NCBI GenBank assembly: GCA_963676815.1
Contig: OY781365.1
Coordinates: forward strand, 2,456,488 to 2,520,487
Direction: 5' to 3'
Length of the DNA: 64,000 nt
DNA from: an uncultured Draconibacterium sp.
GTDB taxonomy: Bacteria > Bacteroidota > Bacteroidia > Bacteroidales > Prolixibacteraceae
Shown here: positions 18,772 to 26,800 of the stretch, in pieces
Layout: the number at the start of each line of letters is the position of its first letter
How positions within the stretch are numbered: position 1 is the stretch's first letter
Notes under the pieces: generated by a model
Told to the model about the DNA's origin: nothing
Database searches by the model: none
Seen by the model: the letters and a program-made list of their open reading frames with translations, nothing else
Made by a program: the position numbers and the translations under genes

Positions 18772-19485
18772 ATGGTCCAACTGAAAAAACATATCATCCA
18801 CTTTACCCTGGCAATTTTGCTGGCGGTGCTGGCTGTGGCTAATGCTGCGGCACAGACGCCTATTACCGTGCATGAGTGTGATACCATGACTTTCAGTGTA
18901 AGCAGTCGGCCGAATATTCCGGAAACGCATTTTGTTTGGGATGTTTTTCCGGCCTCTAATCAACCGGTAGAATTACTCGATGAAACATTGGCACTGGATC
19001 GGGCCACAACTTTTGTGGGAAGTCAGTATGCAGGACGAACGGTGCAGGTTACCGGGCTTGCTCCCGGCGAATACTATGTAAGTATACATGTTTGGGATGA
19101 AATAACATGTACAGATAATATAGAAATGTTTGTAATGACAGTGCTGGAATCGGAATTAGAGATGGACATTTATGCCGACGAAGTATGTATTGGCGAGCCT
19201 ACCAATGTATATATCCGCTTTACGGGCCGTGGCCCTTACGAGGTGCAATACACCATTGGCGACCAGGTAACACCAAGTGTGGTAAACGTGATGGGTGGAG
19301 TTCAGGATCCGGAGCTGGTAATTCCGGTTACCGACCCGCTGCCTGTGGGCGAAACTACCTTTTGGATAATACGTGTTGAGGACAATTGTAAAGCTTACGA
19401 GTACGATGTGGATGAACGACCGGGTACGGGAATTCTGATTTATCCAAAACCAAGCCAGTCGCAGATTTACCTAAAAGACGATTAG
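18772..19485 (+). CDS. Small secreted two-domain Ig/PKD-like protein, putative adaptor subunit
   Basis: 237 aa with a Sec signal ending ANAAA-Q, a CTDNIEMF motif, an FTGRGPYEVQY second domain and a C-terminal ILIYPKPSQSQIYLKDD tail. Confidence 0.85.
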   Translation: MVQLKKHIIHFTLAILLAVLAVANAAAQTPITVHECDTMTFSVSSRPNIPETHFVWDVFPASNQPVELLDETLALDRATTFVGSQYAGRTVQVTGLAPGEYYVSIHVWDEITCTDNIEMFVMTVLESELEMDIYADEVCIGEPTNVYIRFTGRGPYEVQYTIGDQVTPSVVNVMGGVQDPELVIPVTDPLPVGETTFWIIRVEDNCKAYEYDVDERPGTGILIYPKPSQSQIYLKDD

Positions 19486-19544
19486 CGAATGGAGAGAGAA
19501 AGGAGTACATTTATTAAGGCAAAAGTTAAAAGTAGAAAGGCAAA

Positions 19545-19587
19545 AGTGCGTAGGCCTTCCCCCTTGGGGGTTAGGGGTAGCGCGGGA
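19545..19587. repeat. Dispersed 43-bp palindromic element (diverged copy)
   Basis: AGTGCGTAGGCCTTCCCCTTGGGGGTTAGGGGTAGCGCGGGA; same family as 18071, 18305, 18530 and 20456. Confidence 0.85.
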
Positions 19588-19653
19588 AAAGGAAGAACTA
19601 GTAAATGAGTTATTGAGGAAACACTTAGCGTCTTAGCGCCTTAGCGAGAAAAT

Positions 19654-20411
19654 AGAATGATGAATGAAGATTAACGAATTGCGGTTTTAGAAGGAATGAA
19701 AAAATGCTTAAATGCATTAATGCTAAAATGATAAAAACTTAGTGTCTTTGAGTCTTCGTGTTGAAAAAGACTGAACACAAAGTCGCAAAGCCACAAAGAA
19801 GAAGAAAGAATGACGAATGTAGATTAACGAATTGCGGTTTTAGAAGGAATTAAAGAATGCTTAAATGCATTAATGTTAAAATGATAAAAACTTAGTGTCT
19901 TTGAGTCTTCGTGTTGAAAAAGACTGAACACAAAGTCGCAAAGCCACAAAGAAGAAGAAAGAATGACGAATGAAGATTAACGAATTACGGTTGTAGAAGG
20001 AATGAAAGAATGCTTAAATGCATTAATGCTAAAATGATAAAAACTTAGTGTCTTTGAGTCTTCGTGTTGAAAAAGACTGAACACAAAGTCGCAAAGCCAC
20101 AAAGAAGAAGAAAGAATGATGAATGAAGATTAACGATTTACGGTTGTAGAAGGAATTAAAGAATGCTTAAATGCATTAATGTTAAAATGCTTAAATAGAA
20201 AAAACTTAGTGTCTTTGAGTCTTCGTGTTGAAAAAGACTGAACACAAAGTCGCAAAGCCACAAAGAAGAAGAAAGAATGATGAATGAAGATTAACGATTT
20301 ACGGTTGTAGAAGGAATTAAAGAATGCTTAAATGCATTAATGTTAAAATGCTTAAATAGAAAAAACTTAGTGTCTTTGAGTCTTCGTGTTGAAAAAGACT
20401 GAACACAAAGT
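19654..20411. repeat. Tandem repeat, ~4.9 copies of a 153/161-bp unit
   Basis: Units start at 19654, 19807, 19960, 20113 and 20274. The longer variant carries one extra 8-bp ATGCTTAA-type subunit. All contain CTTAGTGTCTTTGAGTCTTCGTGTTGAAAAAGACTGAACACAAAGT. Confidence 0.95.
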
Positions 20412-20455
20412 TTCACAAAGGAAAGCACGAGGTTGCTCAAAGATTAAAAAGGAAC

Positions 20456-20498
20456 AGTGCGCAGGCCTTCCCCTTTAGGGGCCAGGGGTAGCGCAGGA
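20456..20498. repeat. Dispersed 43-bp palindromic element
   Basis: AGTGCGCAGGCCTTCCCCTTTAGGGGCCAGGGGTAGCGCAGGA, identical to the head of the 18071 unit. Confidence 0.9.
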
Positions 20499-20575
20499 GA
20501 GAATAAACTTGTAGCTGATTAAAAAAAATGCAACAAAAGCGGATACATACGAACAAGGCAGCGGTGCAAATGGCT

Positions 20576-20827
20576 TTCGCACCGGTGAAAGAGTTCTTCG
20601 CACCAGGTGAATTTGACTTCGCACGACCCAAAGAAGGCTTCGCACGAGGTGAAATGGTCTTCGCACGACCCAAAACTGACTCCGCGTCAGGTGAAATGTA
20701 TTCCGCACTACTGAAAACTGACAGCGCGTCAGGTGAAATGCGCTCCGCTAAACCTGAATTGTGTTCCGCACGACCCGCAACGGGCTTCCGGCCACCAAAA
20801 ATGGCCTCCGCGGAAACAAAAGAGAGA
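20576..20827. repeat. Degenerate 21-bp tandem array (~12 units), inside a possible 115-aa heptad-repeat ORF (20528-20875)
   Basis: TTCGCAC/TCCGC-initiated units recur every 21 bp from 20576 and translate as FAPVKEF FAPGEFD FARPKEG FARGEMV FARPKTD SASGEMY... Confidence 0.85.
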
Positions 20828-20894
20828 GATGCAAAACGATATAGATCTAAAAACAAACGTGTAGCTTGCAACTAACAGCTTGCAGCTAAAAAAC

Positions 20895-23800
20895 ATGCAA
20901 AGGCTAAAATACATACTGATGATTATAGTGCTGGCAGTTACCGCCCGGGTAGCTGAGGGGCAAACCTATGTCATCGACTCTGTATGTGTGGGAGCCGAAC
21001 GCACCTACCGCCTCGATGGTGAAGAGGGTTCGTACTACGAATGGGATATTTACAGCATGCCCGACTCCTCGGTGTTTGCCGACTCGGTTCCTTACACCGA
21101 TTTCAGAGATATTGGCCGGCCAACTGCCAACGATACCACCTGGGGAAGCCAGATTCAACAGCTGTGGGATGTGGTTGGCGAGTTTAATATTGAGGTTACC
21201 CACTGGTCGCTGCATGGTTGCGATACCCTGGAAGTAGGACAGATAAAGGTATTTCCGCCACCCGAAGCCATTGCCGGCCCTAACGATGTAATCTGCGAAT
21301 TTGCCGATATTCAGCTAACCGGCGATACCGCCTGGAACCACAGCAGCCTGTTGTGGACAACTACCGGCGACGGTACCTTTAGCGACGATATGGCCCTGCA
21401 TCCGATATACTACCTTGGCCCTGCCGACAGTGCAGCCAGTAGTGTAACACTGGTGCTCACCTCGTATGGTTTAGCCGAAAACGAAACCTGTATACCCGCA
21501 GTTGACAGTGTAAGCTTTGAGTTTAGTTCGCCGGATATTGTGCTTGCCGGAGCCGATCCGCTGTGTTACAACGAAAACACAGGTTATGTAAGCGCCAACG
21601 TTGTCGGTGGACTGGCACCGTTAATCTACAGCTGGCAGGGACCCGATGGTTTCTCGGCCGGAAACGTTGATAGTATACCCGAATTGGGAGCAGGAATGTA
21701 CGTGCTTACCGTAACCGATGCCAACGGTTGTGTGGATATCGACTCGATACAACTGTTTGATCCTCCGCAGTTGCTGGCAAACATTGATAATGTGAGTCAG
21801 GTTAGCTGTTATGGTTATGCTGATGGTTCAATTGCGGCATCGGCAAGTGGTGGAACCGGTACGCTTACCTATAACTGGACCAGCTTACTGGGTGCAACAT
21901 ATACCGGCGATTCCATCTATAATTTACCGGCCGACACGTATTACCTTACCGTTACCGACGAAAACGGATGTACCTACCTCGATACAGTGCTATTGCCCGA
22001 GCCCGAACTGCTTTTAGTGGATGTTACGGCCGACGATACCATTTTATGCGAGGGCGAAGTGGTAACGCTTCACGGAAATCCGGAGGGCGGAACAGGAGAA
22101 CTAACGCAGAGATGGACCGGAAACGGATCGGTATTCCTCAGCTCGGTTAACGACAGCGTAATAACTTTTGAAGGCGCACCTGTTGGGCGTTATGTATTTA
22201 CTTACACCATTACCGACGAGGCACTTTGCGAGGCATCCGATTCGATTGTGCTGAATGTTTACCCGCCATCTTTTAGCTTCGATAGTTTGGAAGTTTGTGC
22301 CGGAGCGGCTCCTTTCCCCTGGAATGGCCTGATGGTTACCAGCGATGCCGACCGCGATTATGTTGATACGCTGGTGGGAATGAACCAGTGGGGTTGCGAC
22401 TCCATTCTTTCGCTGGCGGTAAAAGTGCTCTTCCCCGAAGTGTACGATACTACAATCTATATCTGTGAAAACGAGGCACCTTTCCAGCCTTACGGAAACA
22501 TTACCGTTTTACCCGACCGCGACAGCATTTACCTCGACACGGTTCGTTATGCTGATTCGGGCTGCGACTCTCTGCTGATTACCATTAATGTATTCTCTAA
22601 TCCGATAACCGATACCTTGTTGTATGCCGAACTTTGTGCGGGTGCCGATCCTTATCAATGGAATAACCGCTGGATACAAACCGATTACAGTGAGATCTAT
22701 CTCGATACTTTGGTGAATCAGTTTGGTTGCGATTCCTTGCTAACCTACGATGTTACCATTATTCCACCCGATACAACTTATGTATTTGATACACTTTGTC
22801 AGGATACCGAACCCTACGTTTGGAATACCATTACAATAGAAACTGTTTTCGACAGTACCTACCAGGTTACGCTTCAAAATCAGTATTTATGCGACTCTGT
22901 TGTTGAATTAAGTGTTCATGTTCTTCCGGTAACCGATACTTTGCTTGACTTAACTTATTGTGCCGGTCCGGGATTTATTACATTGAATAACAGGGATATA
23001 ATTTTTGATGAATCGCGGATATACCTGGATACATTGTATGGAGCGAACCAGTTTGGTTGCGACTCTTTGCTGACTTATGATGTTACCATTCTTCCTCCGG
23101 ATACCACAACAATTGATACCACCATTTGTGAAGGAGAACCGGCCTTTGTATGGGGAGTAAATACCACTCATCTGGTGGATGCTTATACCGATAGTATTTA
23201 TACCGACATATTGCAAAACCAATTTGGTTGCGACTCGATTGTTTATTTAGATGTTGAGATTCTGCGCCCTGTTGTAATTACCGATACTATTGAAGTATGT
23301 GCCAACGAACCTGCTTTTACATGGCACTCGTTTACTATTGCTACTGATGTTGACAGTATTTATGCCGATACACTTTATTACGACGCCGGTTGCGACTCCC
23401 TGCGACTGGAGTTAACCTTGATTTCGAATCCGGTTACCGATACCTTGCTCGACTCAATAATTTGTGAGGGAAGTCCGGTGTTTGCATGGAATAGCGTTAA
23501 CATACAAACTGATTTTAGCCAGGTGTATTACGACACACTGGTTGGGGCAAACCAGTTTGGCTGCGACTCGTTCCTGGTATACGATGTTACTATTGTTCCT
23601 GCAATAAAAGATACCATTCCTGCTGTATTTTGTTTTGGCGAACCGATTGCCAACTGGTACGGTCAAAGCATATCATCAGAAACTGATAGCACATACATTC
23701 ATAACGTTCCCGGCCCGGGAGGCTGCGATACGCTGTTGTATTACGATGTAAGTATTTTGCCGGTAACCGATTCAACCTTATACCTGACGCTTTGTGTTGG

Positions 23801-26800
23801 AGCACCTGATGTTCCGTTAAATAACCGCACAATTACTTCAGATCAGTCGCGCATATACTTCGATACTATTCCAAACAGTTACGGTTGCGACTCGTTGATG
23901 ATTTACGATGTTACGGTTATTCCACCCGATACAACCTTGCATTACGATACGCTTTGTGTTGGCGATCCGGAATATGACTGGAATGGGTTTACGGTTTCAA
24001 CAAGCGTTGAGGATGAATATGTGGCAAGTGTTCCTACTGCAACGGGTTGCGACTCGGTAGCCATTTTATACACCACATTAATAAACGGAACCACTACTTA
24101 CGATACAGTTTATGCCTGCGAAGAATACACCTGGACAGATGGAACAGGAACAACGTATTATACTTCGGGTGACTATCAACATACTTTGGGAGGAGCAACA
24201 ACATGTGCCGATACCAGCTGGTTGCACCTGGTAATCAGCCCGCCGGTTACCATCAATACGCTAGTAACGCACGTACTTTGTTTTGGTGAAAGTAACGGAG
24301 CAATAGAACTGAGTGTATCCGGAGGTCTTCCGCCGCTTACCTTCCTATGGAGCAACGGCGCCACTACACAAAACATTAGTAACCTGTCGGCAGGAATTTA
24401 CACTGTTACGGTAAGCTCAACAGTAACCGATACGCTGGTATGTACTACAACGCTGGATGTTGAAGTGAAAGAGCCGGACGAAATACTGATTACGCTTGAT
24501 GCTGTTACCGATGTGCTGGTTGCCGGAGAATCAACAGGAAGTATTGAAGTGTCAGTGGCAGGTGGTACTCCGGGAACAGGATATGCTTACGAGTGGACCA
24601 ACGACGCCGGTATTGTTGTTGGCACCGATGAAGACTTGTTTAACCAGCCTGCCGGCGATTATACGCTTACTGTTACCGATGCCAACGGCTGTGTTGAAAC
24701 ATTTACCGAAACCATTACCGAGCCGTTGCCACCTGACAGGTTTATGGCTTCACTTGACGATGAAATTTGTTACGAATACTTACAATATTATCCTGTGGCT
24801 TACTCCATTGATGAATACCTGGCACTGGATACCAGCCTTGATGTTTATTCGATTTATGGCCTCGATTCGGCGTCGTTTACTGCTGATTCGAGTGTAGTAA
24901 GCGGCTCGGGGTATTGTTACGAAGAGGTGCGTACTTACACCGTGATGGATGGTGCCGGAAATACCTTAAGTGCCACACATACCATTATTGTTAACGATAC
25001 GGAAGATCCTACAATTACATGTCCGCCAACAACAACAGTAAACAATGGTATTGTTCCGCCACCATTTGATTCGCTTAGCTTCCTGGGCGCCGGTGGTTCG
25101 TTTGCCGATAATTGCGGAATTGTACGTTTTGATCTTGTAGATGAGTATTCGGATAACAATTCAAATCCGGAAACCATTACACGCGTTTATCAGGTTTGGG
25201 ATTATTGCGGAAACATCAATACCTGCGAACACCAGATACAGGTATTTGCCAACGTAAGTATTGCGCTCGAATGTCAGGATCTGCCTGATGTATATTACGA
25301 GTGTAGAGATTTTAGACCAAATTACCGGGATATAGATGACTTTGAAGCAGCCGGTGGTAGATATTTCAGTTCGGTACCAATCGATACCTTCTTTTATAAC
25401 GATGTAGTACAGGGAACCTTCTGCCCAACCATTACGCGTACTTATACCTTACGAAATATTGCCGGTCAGGAAGAGACTTGTACCCAGGTATTCCAGGTAT
25501 TGGATAACGAAGCTCCTGTAATAACAATGCCAGTTAAGGAAATATCGTGTAATGATCCGATACCATATTATTCAGATTGGATAGAATTTAGACGAGGTAT
25601 TCCAGGAATATCGAATACCTATTATGATAATTGTACTGATTTAAGAGATGCAAGAATATATTATCAGGGGCAGACTATTACAGGAACTTGTCCTACACTT
25701 TATGAACGTACATATCGTTTTGTAGATGAATGTGGAAATGAAACAATTGCGGTTGACAGGATTTATGTGAATGACACCATTCCGCCACAAATTGATCCGG
25801 ATTTCCCAACAGAAATTACTGCCGAGTGCGATGTGCCTGATCCTTATATCAATGTAAATGCATATGTAACAGAAAATTGTGGACCGCTGGTGATTGCTTC
25901 ACGCGATTCTTTAGGAGGAATTGATGAGCCGGGAGTTGTTTATCGAATCTATACCTTTAGTGATCCTTGTAATTCAGTAGATATAATTCAGAAAATAACT
26001 ATCGAATTAACCAATATTCCTGTATTCGACGGTCTTTCTCCATTGTGCCAGTTCACACCATCGCCTGATTTGCCCGAAACGTCGATAAACGGAATTACAG
26101 GACACTGGGAAATTGATTCCATTCCTACTGATGTTGTAGGTACATTCACCTATGTATTCTATCCTGATTCAGGTCAGTGTGCTGGTCCAGCGGATATTGT
26201 GGTGGAAATACTTCCTGCCATCCAGCTTTCTGAAACACACCTTGACCCGGCCTATAATCCTAATCCTGTAGGAAGTATTGATTTAGGTATTGACGGCGGA
26301 AGTGGCGTATACACTTATAATTGGACAGGCCCTGATGGATTCACCGCAACTACTGCAGATATTGCCAACTTATATGCCGGTGACTATTGGGTGGAAGTAA
26401 GCGATAACATTGGTTGTTACGATAGCCTCTCGGTAACTTTGCAGTATTTCGATCCTGAATTTAGCTGCCCGCCTGATACGCTGATTGAATGTCCGGATGT
26501 TACGCAGTACCCTGCTGCAGGCAACATTACTGAGTTTATTGCTTATGGCGGTCACTATTATCCTACAAATATTGTGGCAGACCTAAGAAGTTTCGATGTG
26601 GTTGATACAACAGCCTACTGTTTAACCATTGAACGAACTTACATTGTAGAAGATATTTACGGACGGGTGGATTCATGTACGCAAACCATCGATTTCTACG
26701 ACCTGGTACCTCCGGTTGTTATTGGTCCTCCGGGCGATACAGCTGAATGTTTGTCGACAATTATTCCGCCAAGCATTAACAGTTTTGCGGACTTTATGAA

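Noticed and set aside
17324-18963. ORFs 17363-17581, 17603-18106, 17956-18165 and 18508-18963
   Set aside because: They lie over repeat mosaics and have low-complexity translations with no recognisable motifs.
18071-20411. CRISPR array
   Set aside because: The units are 153-234 bp near-identical tandem copies with no unique spacers, and no cas genes are in the window.
20437-20871. 144-aa minus-strand ORF over the 21-bp array
   Set aside because: An open antisense frame is expected from an in-phase repeat, and it opposes the cluster's orientation.
14545-20894. IS element, transposase, integrase or diversity-generating retroelement
   Set aside because: No DDE, HUH, tyrosine-recombinase or reverse-transcriptase motifs in any ORF, and no template/variable repeat pair with adenine-specific differences.
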